Assembly: GCF_000002865.3 (NCBI RefSeq)
Contig: NW_001865079.1
Span: 19,858 to 83,857 of the forward strand
Length of the DNA: 64,000 nt
Direction: 5' to 3'
From: Monosiga brevicollis MX1
Lineage: Eukaryota
How positions within the stretch are numbered: the first letter of the stretch is position 1; each line of letters opens with the position of its first letter. Shown here in pieces: positions 1 through 11,130 of this stretch. The notes under the pieces are model-generated. The model saw only the letters and a list, made by a program, of their open reading frames with translations. It made no database searches and was not told the DNA's origin. A program made the translations under genes and the position numbers.

Positions 1-117
1 GGATTCGCCAACATCGAATCTGCCCCAAATTTGTGTGACAACGCCAGTCAAATAACACGCTCTCTCTCACACTAGCCAACAGAAATTCTTGACGCTAACA
101 ACTGCGTCTTAATGTCA

Positions 118-512
118 TCACAAGGAAGGTGGATCATTCCCGGAATTCCTTACACTAGGGCATTCATTGGTTGGAACACGTGTTGCAGGCACAGGAGGTG
201 TCTCCTCTTCATGCACACGCTGGAGATGGGATTTGAGGGTGGCTGAGCGATCATGGCGGTAGCCGCATCCCTCCACCGGGCAATGAAAGTTCCCATCTTC
301 TTCTCGGTGCCTCATGATGGTTTGCCCATTGAGCCTGACGGACGTGCTTTTTTGATGGACCTATTGCCAACGCATCGTGAGATTTGATGCCTCGGTTGCT
401 CCAAAGATCGCCGAGTGGTTGAACGCACCCGAGAGACATGCTGTTCCTTTGCCCCTCGATTGGGAAATATCTGGCCGCACTGTTTGCACGGCATTTCCTT
501 GACTCTGGGCAT
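118..512 (-). pseudogene. C2H2 zinc-finger protein fragment (two fingers in different frames; remnant or spliced small gene)
   Basis: ORF 312-512 has CKQCGQIFPNRGAKEQH, with the second His missing. ORF 118-315 has a canonical CPVEGCGYRHDRSATLKSHLQRVH. The two are in different frames. Confidence 0.45.
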
Positions 513-987
513 GGTGAGAACGTGCGTGTCTCAGAGCAGAGTCAATAGGACATGAACCAGGTATGATGCGTCATGCGATTTGTTTTACGCCGAGGAGGCA
601 GCCATGAGCATGAAGGGGCGGGCGCTTGAGACGACTGCGAAAAAAAAAAAAACGGAAGAGAAGTGCACAGTGTGATGAAGTCAACACTTTTCAAAGTCAT
701 GTGGAGAAGGTGGAAGTATAATACTTAATATGATGCACGACACAAACAATGGCTTACGAGTGGGATTTTTTTTTGCTCGAAAAGCGCGTTGGTTTTAACA
801 TAAACTCGACAGGAACAGACAACTTCACACACAATTAGACAACGGACTTTTACCACATGGTGACCGTTACATTGTCAGAACTTCCCCTTCACAACTTCCT
901 CGTAAACATATACCATAGTCGGGTATTGGACAGAGCTACCTTTCTGCATAGTATTAGGTGGATCATTCCCGGAATTCCTTACACTAG
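127..987 (+). repeat. Exact 32-bp direct repeat (127-158 and 956-987)
   Basis: aggtggatcattcccggaattccttacactag occurs at both positions. Confidence 0.9.
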
Positions 988-1714
988 ATGTTAATTCTCC
1001 CTTTCATCGACTCCTGACCCCTTCCCCTCACCTTCACTTCCTCCCTTCCTCCGTGCCCCCCTTTTCGTCTCTTCCCCTGCCATCCCATCAATGCCCCTTC
1101 CATCTTCTCCCATGCTTTTTGTTTTTTTCCTCGCTTCGCCGTCTGCTTGTCCCACTGCTCATGCTGTTCGCCACTCGCTCGCTCCCATCTCTTTCAATCC
1201 TTCTCCTTCGTTCAATATCTTCCGTTTACCTTTCCCATCCTTCTCTTCTCTCGCCCCATCTCGCACCTGTATTTTTTATTTTTATTTTATTGATCTTTTA
1301 CCTTCCCGCTCGTCCCACCCGCCACCTGTTGCGCTTCCCCTCTCCAAATCTCTCTTCTCCTGAAAGTTGACTTTCCAAACCGATCATCTTTCCCTCTACT
1401 CTTGCTGATCTTTCAATCACACATTTTGCCAAACGCTGCCTCCCCATCCTGCTCTCTCAAATTCATCTGCTTTGCATACTTCCTGATTTTCAACCTGATT
1501 GCCGCATTTTCATCTTCCCCTCCGCCGCTTTGTTGCTCGATTCCTACTTCACGCTCAATGATCATGTACCTAACCTCACGCCACCTGCTTCCCTTTCTCT
1601 CAACTTGTATCCTTGAACGCGTTTCAAACTTTTGCTTCCTCGCTTCGATATTATAAATTGATGTCTTTCAACGATCCTTCTACTAACGCATTAGCGGTTA
1701 GCCTCCGATCGTGT

Positions 1715-1767
1715 CGCTGTTAGCGGTTGCGCCGAACCCACGCTGTTAGCGGTTGCGCCGAACCCAC
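1715..1767 (+). repeat. 26-bp tandem duplication
   Basis: cgctgttagcggttgcgccgaaccca occurs twice in tandem. Confidence 0.85.
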
Positions 1768-1869
1768 ATGACAATAAACATTCTGAAAGTTTCGATTGAG
1801 TACCGACAGTACAGCGCACCAAAAGCTCGAACGTTGACTTGTCATGTAAAGTTAATGGCCGCCACGACA

Positions 1870-2556
1870 AAAAGAACCCAAAAATTGAACAAATGCGAGC
1901 GACGGGCCATTCGCGAAGACCGAGTGACAGCCGGGCCCCTGGTCACAATTTTCGGCGCACGTCAAAACAAAGCATACGTCATCTGCTTGACGCGCTTTCG
2001 GTGCTCACGATGGAGTTCTCGTCCACCTGGAACCATCCTGTGACACGCAAGCCCCACCATGAGTACCCCCCTCGAAGCGGCTCAAACAAAGCAAACGGCG
2101 CGCCGCAACACCAATGCAAATGGGAATCGGCATGTAGTTTTGGCTGGCATGACGAATGAAGGTAATAGACATACAAAGTATAACAAGTTGAATAGCGTTA
2201 GAACCCAAAAATAGAACAAATGCGAGCGACGGGCCATTCGCGAAGACCGAGTGACAGCCGGGCCCCTGGTCACAATATTCGACCCACGTCAAAACAAAGC
2301 ACACCATATCTTCTTCACGCGCTTCCGGGGCTAATCACCAAGTCCTCGTCCACTTGGGACCATCCTGTGACACAGGACGACAGTCATAACCACCTGGCAC
2401 TTTGCGCGCTAGAACTCGCAAAATTCACTCGACTTTGGCAGCGGGCATCATGGATAGCAGCGGACCGCAGATAGGTTCCTCACCTGCAATTGATCGGGTG
2501 TGTTTCGTGCCGAAAATGACCAGGCTCCGTGGCTCTTGGGCCTCGCGAGCGCGTCA
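1870..2556 (+). repeat. Repeat family, block 1 (two related units plus shared terminal segment)
   Basis: Near-identical units start at ~1873 and ~2200 (agaacccaaaaat..gaacaaatgcgagcgacgggccattcgcgaagaccgagtgacagccgggcccctggtcacaat..cacgtcaaaacaaagc). The terminal segment ggcagcgggcatcatggatagca...gaccaggctccgtggctcttgggcct is shared with block 2. Confidence 0.85.
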
Positions 2557-3219
2557 AATGCGTGGAAGCACGGATTTGATGCTAACTCAATGCCTCCATG
2601 CTTTTTCAAGTGATAGCGGAAGCCACAGACCAAGACCAAGCGAGCCATCACCTGAGACTGAGCGAGACAATGGCCAGGTGCGACATGGCGAATCAGGCAT
2701 CACAGATATTTATAAATGAGGCAACGATGAAGATTGCTTTATGCCACGCATGTCTGATGTATCTATAGAACGCCGGGCATGCCACGTCCCAACGCCTTGC
2801 ATCTAATCGGCTTTGCACCAAATAGACTGGCCAGAAGAGGCGTCACGGCCGCGTCCGTGGACAAAGCCACATTATGAATGCATTCTTTGCATCCGCGGTC
2901 TTTGGACGGTATGTACTGGTCTGTGCAGCTCGACCGGCTAAACTGCGTAGAATTTGAATTGCCATCAGAATTGAGGTTCACAAACACAAAAGAACCATTC
3001 GACCAAACAAAAGAACCAATTCAACAACAAATTGGGAACATAAAGGAACGCAAGAACAAAGACAGAAAACAAAAGAAAAATGCTCTCGCGCGTTCTGAAA
3101 ACCAAAGAACATCGGCAAACCAAAGAATTGACTAGTACATGTAATGTCATAAGCTTAACCTCGAGCAATGAAGTCGTTGGTTCCCGAGTTCCCTAATTTT
3201 TTTTTTTTCATGCGTCCAA

Positions 3220-4000
3220 ATGGCGTCGACGGTGGGTGCCGCATTCTCCGACGTGACGTGTACCTCGGCTTACGACATGGCGACAGCACTCAAGGCTGTG
3301 GAAGACAGCCAGACTTTTTTGACCGCCGAGTACAATGCCTACGTTCGCCGCGCCATGCACCTTTTCCGCCAGAAGATGCGCGAAGCTAAAATCGACGTCA
3401 AGGATGAACACTACATCTTCCTCCACAATTTCCGTGTGGCCAAGTCGTGGACCGAGGTTGTATCAGCTTTCATGGAGCTGACGCCAAGACACCATGTTTT
3501 CTTTGACCGCAAGATGAGGAGGATGATGATGATGATAATGGCGAAGAGTGTTCTGAGGGATGATGATGGCAATGGCAGTCAGCGAGAGAGTGCACGAGGT
3601 CAGCAAGATGACGGTGAAGAAGAGTGCAAGCCAGACACAATGAGCCCCGAAGTAAGTCTCCCGTCGTCCCATGCGCCCGAGTGAGTTGAGAATTGCTAAT
3701 ATTTCCCACCACGGTTGTTAGCTTTTGCGCGCGCAAGCCACCATTTTGGACTTCATTGAAGATGCAATGGCCGAAATCGTCGTCGATCTCAACCATGAAG
3801 ATGCTTGGAAGAAGAAAGTCACAAAGCTGGAAGGATTAGTTCAAGCGCGACATGCCATTGATTTTCTTGGCAACGTGCACAGGTTTTTTAAATCTGGCTT
3901 CCCTTCTGCCCGTGTGAAAGACCTTTTTGCCGGCATCTCTACCGTTTATTCTCAGGCTACGGCGCCTTTGCAAGCCATCCCAGACTCACCGTCTTCTTGA
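3220..4000 (+). CDS. Hypothetical protein (probably two exons, ~3220-3680 and ~3722-4000)
   Basis: Two adjacent ORFs with protein-like composition, separated by GT...TAG (gtgagt ~3680, ttag 3718-3721). No recognisable domain. Confidence 0.4.
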
Positions 4001-4543
4001 CTCTATATATATCTCTCTCGCCTGGTCACTCTCAAGCAAAATTGACATCTCCGTTGATTTTCCTCGAAACGTACAATTCTGGTGCGATTTTTGTGTTCAC
4101 CACAGCGGCCAGATATACGCCCTTCCGTCGAACGCTAAGGCTTCAGCTGCAACAAACTCTGGGGTTGCGCGGGAATAGTCAAGCAATCCCGAGTTGCTTT
4201 TCATGATTTTCTTGACAAGCCAAAACACTCCTCTTGGCAGTGCAGCATCACCATTTGTGGAGCGTTTGCCGGTTAAGACCGCGTGAAATAAGATCAGACT
4301 GTCAACTGGATTCCGGGCACACTGAGAGTGTTCTTGCAACAGTCCATTGTCCACAGCTCGCGGGACCCCATATGCCAACTCCTGCTCAACAAATACTGTC
4401 TCGAAATTAATTTGGCATTTTTCCCAACCCAAGAAGAAGCGGCGCAAGCAACTGGATCCCAACGACCCCACACCCAGGTCCACTGGCACCCGTGCGCCCC
4501 CGTTGCGCCCCTCTCTCATTTTTTTATGTTCTTACTCGCTGCA

Positions 4544-5014
4544 GCCTTTCAAACCTATGCGGTCATGGAGTTGAAGCACCACGATTCCTCCCTCTCCACC
4601 CCACAGGCCGAGCCCTGTGCCGCCACCGAGCACGCCGGGTTGCTGCTGGCCTGCGTGCGCGACAAGGCCATGGTCATGCTGACGGCTATGCACCTGGCCG
4701 CGGCCTGGCTCCGCACCCACGGCGCGCACCTGATTGACGGGCAGGGGGACGTGTGGGACTCGATCCGGCCCGCCGCGAGCCTCGGCGTCGACTTTCCGTT
4801 TGCCGCGGCATATCTAAACGCCTTCCGGCTGCTGTGTGGGCCGCGGACGGCGATCCACTGGAGCCGGCCCCTGCAGCTCGACGCCGGTTTTGTGGGCAGC
4901 CTGTTCAAGGTCGAGGGACCCTTGGCGGGTCTGGCCGCGTGCTGTGACGTGCCGACGCCTGAGATGCGGGCGGCGCAGCTATGGAGTCCTCGTCCGGCTG
5001 CGATCATCCTGTGA
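4544..5014 (+). CDS. GC-rich hypothetical coding fragment running into the repeat array
   Basis: GC-rich open frame (AVMELKHHD...AAIIL) after a pyrimidine tract and CAG. Its last codons are repeat-unit sequence (atggagtcctcgtcc...cctgtgacacgcaagcc). Confidence 0.3.
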   Translation, partial: AFQTYAVMELKHHDSSLSTPQAEPCAATEHAGLLLACVRDKAMVMLTAMHLAAAWLRTHGAHLIDGQGDVWDSIRPAASLGVDFPFAAAYLNAFRLLCGPRTAIHWSRPLQLDAGFVGSLFKVEGPLAGLAACCDVPTPEMRAAQLWSPRPAAIIL

Positions 5015-5823
5015 CACGCAAGCCTCACCATTAGTACCCCCTTCCAAAAGGCACAAACAAAGCAAACGGCGTGCTTTGGCTCCTCGGCCAACACCAAATG
5101 GCAGCCAAGCCCCTGGTCACCATTTTCGGCGCACGTCAAAACAAAGCTCACCTCGCATTCTTCACACGCTTCCGCTGCTCACTGCGGAGTCCTCATTTAT
5201 CTGCGGCAAACCTGTGACCCGCCAGCCCCGGTATGAGTACCCCCCTCAAAGCGGCCAAAAAAAACAAAGGGCGCGCCTTTGCTCCTTGGCCAACATCAAA
5301 TGGCAGCCGGGCCCCTGATTACAATTTTCGGCGCACGTCAAAACAAAGCTCACCTCGCATTCTTCACGAGCTTCCGCTGCTCCCTATGGAGTCCTCGTCC
5401 ACCGTTGGCCGCCCTGTGACCCGCCAGCATAACCATGAGTATCCCCCTCGATACGGCCAAACAAGAACAAAGGCGCATCTCTGCTCCTCAACCAACACCA
5501 AATGGCAGCCGGGCCTGTGGTCACAATTTTCGGCGCACGTCAAAACAAAGCTCACCTCGCATTCTTCACACGCTTCCAGTGCTCACTGTGGAGTTCTCAT
5601 CCACCGTCGGCCGCCCTGTGACATAGCACTACCGTCAGAAACGCCGGCGTTTCGCGCGTCAAAAATCGCAAAAATCACTCTTGCTTTCGTTTCTGGCAGC
5701 GGGCATCATGGATAGCATTTTCAAAAGCGGGCCTAAGATCGGTTTCTCACCTGCATTTGAGTGGGAGTGCTTCGTGCTGGATCTGACCAGGCTCCGTGGC
5801 TCTTGGGCCTAGCTAGCGCGTCC
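4980..5823 (+). repeat. Repeat family, block 2: ~202-bp tandem array (about 3 units) plus terminal segment
   Basis: The core ttttcggcgcacgtcaaaacaaagctcacctcgcattcttcac begins at 5123, 5325 and 5527 (period 202). The terminal segment is homologous to 2437-2556. Confidence 0.9.
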
Positions 5824-6303
5824 ATCAGCGTACGAGCGGTCGCGGCTCCTCATGGGTCAGATCGAGGAATTGTCTTGACAACAAATGGCAGCCCAACACG
5901 AGATCAGCAAGAATGGTCCATCCACGACGGTCACGCGGCAATGTCGTTTGGCCACCCGTTCATCCATGTCGTCGCTTGCACCTCGGCAGCACTTGCCCGT
6001 CGCGCCACAACGACGACAACGCACCACCAGGAGCGCGCGCGCGCCCCGCCCATGGCCCGCTTCATTGTGGCGCGTTTTGTGGCTGTGAGGAGAAAAAAAA
6101 AATGAAGTCAACTGCAAAGGGAAGGAAGAGAGGCAAGAGGTTAATGCAGCAAAGTTTCAATTAATTGAAGCAGATCATAGCCATTCCAAGTAAAACGTCG
6201 CAGTCGATTCAGCAGTTATTGAAGATAATAAAGATGATGACATTCTGACATTCGGTTCTGCTCAAAAGAGCTTCCTGTGTGTGTGTTTAGCGAAAACTGT
6301 CGA

Positions 6304-6454
<151 letters not shown>

Positions 6455-7090
6455 NNNNNNNNNNNNNNNNNNNNNNNNNNNNNNNNNNNNNNNNNNNNNN
6501 NNNNNNNNNNNNNNNNNNNNNNNNNNNNNNNNNNNNNNNNNNNNNNNNNNNNNNNNNNNNNNNNNNNNNNNNNNNNNNNNNNNNNNNNNNNNNNNNNNNN
6601 NNNNNNNNNNNNNNNNNNNNNNNNNNNNNNNNNNNNNNNNNNNNNNNNNNNNNNNNNNNNNNNNNNNNNNNNNNNNNNNNNNNNNNNNNNNNNNNNNNNN
6701 NNNNNNNNNNNNNNNNNNNNNNNNNNNNNNNNNNNNNNNNNNNNNNNNNNNNNNNNNNNNNNNNNNNNNNNNNNNNNNNNNNNNNNNNNNNNNNNNNNNN
6801 NNNNNNNNNNNNNNNNNNNNNNNNNNNNNNNNNNNNNNNNNNNNNNNNNNNNNNNNNNNNNNNNNNNNNNNNNNNNNNNNNNNNNNNNNNNNNNNNNNNN
6901 NNNNNNNNNNNNNNNNNNNNNNNNNNNNNNNNNNNNCATTATGGCTGCCGCTTTTTTTGGTGTGAATCCACGTCGTTCCAATTCATTTTGGCGCCAAAAG
7001 TAGTGAGCTGCTGAGGCGACTTATGTTTGTTTTTGGTCTCTGGAAAAGTCATGCACTGCTCACCATTTTCTGGCTTCTTCTCTGTCTAGG

Positions 7091-9053
7091 ATGGCGAGCA
7101 GTGGCAGTGCAGACGAGCGATCCGGCGCCGTTTCGCGCCCAGCTAGAGCAATGGAAAAGCTGGCCTCACGTGCTCCAGTTGGCCCAACTGCAGACGCTGA
7201 AGCCAAGCCGAGCAAGGCTGAAGACAAGCTTAAACACGCTGAAGCCATGCTGGACAGCGCTGAAGCCAGGCTGGACAGCGCTGAAGCCAACCTGGACAGC
7301 GCTGAGGCCAACCTGGAACCTGGACAGCGCTGAGGAACGTGCCATGGCGCCCATGGACACAGAGGAGCAAGCCAGTGCCGAATTGAAGGTGGCGGAAGCC
7401 GAATTGGGCGTGGCCAAAGCCAAACTGGGCGTGGCGGAAGCCGAATTGGGCGTGGCCAAAGCCAAACTGGGCGTGGCTGAAGCTAATGTGGAAGCGGCTA
7501 CAAATGATGAAGACCGAGCCCGAGCCGAATCAAGTGTGGCCAATGCCAAATTGAAGGCGGCGCAAGCCAAACTGGAAGCGGGCGACGCCGAATTGGAAGC
7601 GGCTACAAATGAGAGAGACCAAGCCCGAGCCGAGGCGGACGTGGTCGATGCCAAACTCAACGTGGCCAAAGTGAACGTGGCGGAAGCCGAATTGGGCGTG
7701 GCGGAAGCCGAATTGGGCGTGGCGAAAGCCAAACTGAAAGCGACCAAAGCCAAAGTGGCAGCGGGTACGAATGAGAAAGACCAGACCCGAGCCAAATCGG
7801 GCGTGGCCAATGCCGAATTGAACGTGGCGGAAGCCCAAGTGAACGTGGCGGAAGCCGCATTGGGCGTGGCCAAAGCCAAACTGGAAGCGGCCAAAGCCAA
7901 AGTGGCAGCGTGTTCGAATGAGGCAGACCAGACCCGAGCCAAATCGGGCGTGATCGATGCCGAATTGAACGTGGCCGAAGCCGAAGTGAACTTGGCCATC
8001 TGGCGTCGACGTGCCGCAGAGCTGAGCAATGTCTCTGAATTCATCCGAGACATCTTGAAAATGGAAGAGGCCTACGCTCGCCAGAAGCGTGATGAAGCTG
8101 CAAGCAGAAAAAAACCACCCATGGCGGCTGCAGTGAGCCCTCGTCCCCTGCAATCCCGTGAGCTTGGTTTCGTGGGCCTCGTGAACATTCCTGACAACGA
8201 TGGGCAGCCGTTGTATTACCAACCATACTGCTTTCTCGGCGAGGGCAGGCACTGCAAGGCGTACAAAGGCGACTTTCATGACAAGCCGGCCGTCTTCAAG
8301 ATTTTCCAGGACAAAGCCGTCATGAAGCAGGAGCGTGACATGCTTATCAATCTGGATTTGGCCAAGGTTCAAAACGTGCCTGTCCTCAAGGGTTGCTCGG
8401 AAGAGTACCCCTACTGCTGCGTCGTGGCCCCTGTAGGCAGAGAATTTGTCACGCCTCCTACAAGACATGAGCTATCAATGCTTTTGGATGTGCTCAAGGC
8501 CGCGCACAAGGCTGGGGTTGTTCATCGTGACCCGCTTCCCCGCAACTATTTTCGTGTGGATTCTACAATTCTATTCAGCGACTGGGGGTCGGCTGAAGAG
8601 ATTCGCACAGGCCAGCCAGTTGCACCCACTGGCTGGCCTTGTGAGCAAGCAGATGACATGATTGACGAGGTTCGTGCCGCTTGCTGCAGTGAATGTGGGA
8701 AGAATTGCAGTGTGCAAGCCCCCTCATGTTCGACTGGTTGTGGTTTGCAGAGTGAGGTGGTGCCCCAGTTCCGACATGACCTGGAAATGTTTGCAAAGGG
8801 CATCTTCTTGCGAATGGTGCAAAAGGGCGGCTGGCCAAATGACCTGCGTAGCACTGATTTTTGGGATGAGGGATACTTGGGATCTACCTGGCGACCTGTC
8901 TTGAATGCTGCTCGCTCTCTACCCAATTTCCTTACCGGAGAAGACTCACCCGAAGATTTTGTGCAAAACCACGATGAGACATACGAGAACTTCAGAAACA
9001 TACTCTTGGAGTCCTATGATCGCCTGCTCTCTAATGGGCCCGCTTTGTTTTGA
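7091..9053 (+). CDS. Intronless coiled-coil-repeat protein with C-terminal FunK1/CRN-like protein kinase; apparent frameshift at 7310-7323
   Basis: Heptad repeats (LDSAEAN, VAEAELG, VAKAKLG) are followed by kinase motifs LGEGRHCKAY, AVFK, QERDML, VVHRDPLPRN, FSDWG and RHDLEMF. The ATG-7091 frame joins the kinase frame if one copy of the tandem aacctgg is removed. Otherwise translation could start at M7345. Confidence 0.75.
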
Positions 9054-10014
9054 GCTGCTGCTTTAACTTTGATTTTTTTCTCTTCTGTCCAGCTCCAATC
9101 GAAAGAACATTGCTACTCTGGTCATACACGATGGGTTTGCAACAATTATCTTGGGCAGGAGAAGGTATCAAACTCCACTCATATGTAAAGATGCATGACT
9201 TCTGTGCGCCGGTGTACAAGTGTGCTTGGAATGCAGCAGCACAAAGTAGATGGGCCACAGTTTGCTTGGCTCCTTTGAGCTGCTTCACAAACATGTTTGC
9301 ATTGAGGCGCTGCTTCTATAATTCCTCTTCGGGTAGGCTGGGTTTGGGGTCGCGCTGGCACGCGTTCCTTCCAGAAGCCAAGAGCCAACAAAGCCTGAGG
9401 CACAGGGGCAGGAGGATCATGTGCAGTGCACGGCCGTTAGTAGCGCACAACAGCGTTTGGTTGCTATTTGTGCACTTCACTCTTGTCTGCGTGGTCGCCT
9501 CGGAGATCCGGATATCGTTTCACGCCTCTTGCCGCACTGGCTACCAAGTAAAACCGTTGGAAAGCGCGTTGGCTGGGATGCCATGGGGCTCGGCTACCGC
9601 CTCTGGCGACCCCACAGATCCAGGATGACCTGGCCTCTCCTTACTTTCAAGTGAAGATGCTGATGCCCAAGCAGCAGATGGCGCGTGTGACACTGCTGCC
9701 CTTATGGTAGTAAGACAGAGTAAGTTGATTTCGGAAGACGCGGATACTTAGAATGGCATTGATTGATAACATAAGAGCACCGCAAGGACAGGCATTTGGG
9801 GGAATGATAGCATCAGATTAGGCTCAGACCTGCGTCGGCAACTGGCTCGAAGACCATCGCCACAACACGCATACACGCGCACGCCGTTGACGTGCCACAA
9901 GAGAAAAAGAAAACAACGGACAACCGAAGGAAGACTAGAAAAAAAAAAAAAAAGGAGAAAGAAACAGAAGCTACGTGTGTTCCACGCGTACGTTCCAGAG
10001 CCTCGATGCGACGA

Positions 10015-11119
10015 CTAGGAGCAGTTGACGGTATCGTCTGGGAAGCTGACCCAATAGCGAACGCCCTCGGAGTGTTTAAGGACAAATTGGAAGCGATCAC
10101 GGTGTTGAAGTGCAAGGGGATGGCTCCAGCACAGGTTGTCGCCCTGGAGCTGGGGTGACGAGGCAACGTGGGCATATTGCTTCTGGCCGACGCGTTTCAC
10201 TTCCAGGTTGAGGGTGAGAGGCAATGACTCGTCGTCGCGTGGCGCGAGACAGATGCTTAGGACGTAATCGGGACAAGCGCCGACAACGCGCGTGGCAGGC
10301 ACGCGGTAGGTCGTGAGGCGTGTACCTCGGCGTCGCGAGTCAGGTGGGCATGTGCATTCAAAGCCTGTGACTTGCACGGGTCGTGGTTGCAGAGGTTGTG
10401 GTGGTGGCTGAGGTTGAGCCCAACGTCGTCGCGGTTGCTGGCACCGTGGTGGGTGAACCTGGCGAGGATGCGATGGTAGAGGGCCCTGGGCTTGCTTCTT
10501 CAACACTTGAGCGCTTCCTCACAACCCAAACTGGCCTCTACCCGCCGTGGAGCCTGACATACCTCTGCAACCCCAACCAATACTATTGGTCTACAAGCAT
10601 AGACGTATGTCCAGAAGCTGCTGGAACACTCTGGAAGATATCAGTCCAGGATGATGTCTGATGATCCTTGACGGCGCTCGTCAAGGAAAACTGTCGAACA
10701 TTGTGATTGTTCCTGCCACCGAGATATAAGTACGGTCCTGTCGACCGGAAGTGGCATTTTACTTTGTACTTTTCCCGTTTCAATTTCCTCTGTTTGCTTT
10801 GTGAATTGACCACAAACAGATCACATCCTAAAAGATCGATGCTAACTGGACTTGTGTCAAAGTGCAGGTGCCGCAACGAGAAGAGACGTCGGTATCCAAA
10901 GGCACATTTGGCATGGCATTCTGCCAAGGTATTGCAAAGGACACGAAACAACTTGTGTGCCTTCCCACATTGCAAGTTTGTGAGTGAATGTGTACTCGTC
11001 AGCGAGAAAAGTTGAACCTCCCACGGGCAATGGGGGCCTTGTGGTGAACAACGCCGGATGTGTGCAAAACCAGTGCAAGTGCTCGGAGCCACAGATTGGA
11101 CTGCACGACGAAGAATCAA
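10015..11119 (-). pseudogene. Degenerate gene with a Thr/Ser-rich stalk and Cys-containing segments
   Basis: Protein-like pieces (10583-11119, 10015-10506) and a TTVPATATTLGSTSATTTTSATTT stretch are broken by in-frame TAG codons (~10583, ~10538) and a frame change. Confidence 0.3.
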
Positions 11120-11130
11120 AACGAAAACAT

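Noticed and set aside
1000..1680. Hydrophobic Leu/Ser/Phe ORFs
   Set aside because: Products of a pyrimidine-rich low-complexity tract with no domain signal.
1690..1767. ttagcgg motifs as telomeric repeats
   Set aside because: Only a few degenerate copies, mostly from one 26-bp duplication, with no TTAGGG array.
4980..5620. Possible CRISPR-like array
   Set aside because: Whole 202-bp units are homologous with no unique spacers, there are no cas genes, and the context is eukaryotic.
7166..8468. Antisense ORFs over the coiled-coil kinase
   Set aside because: Mirror readings of the repetitive sense CDS.
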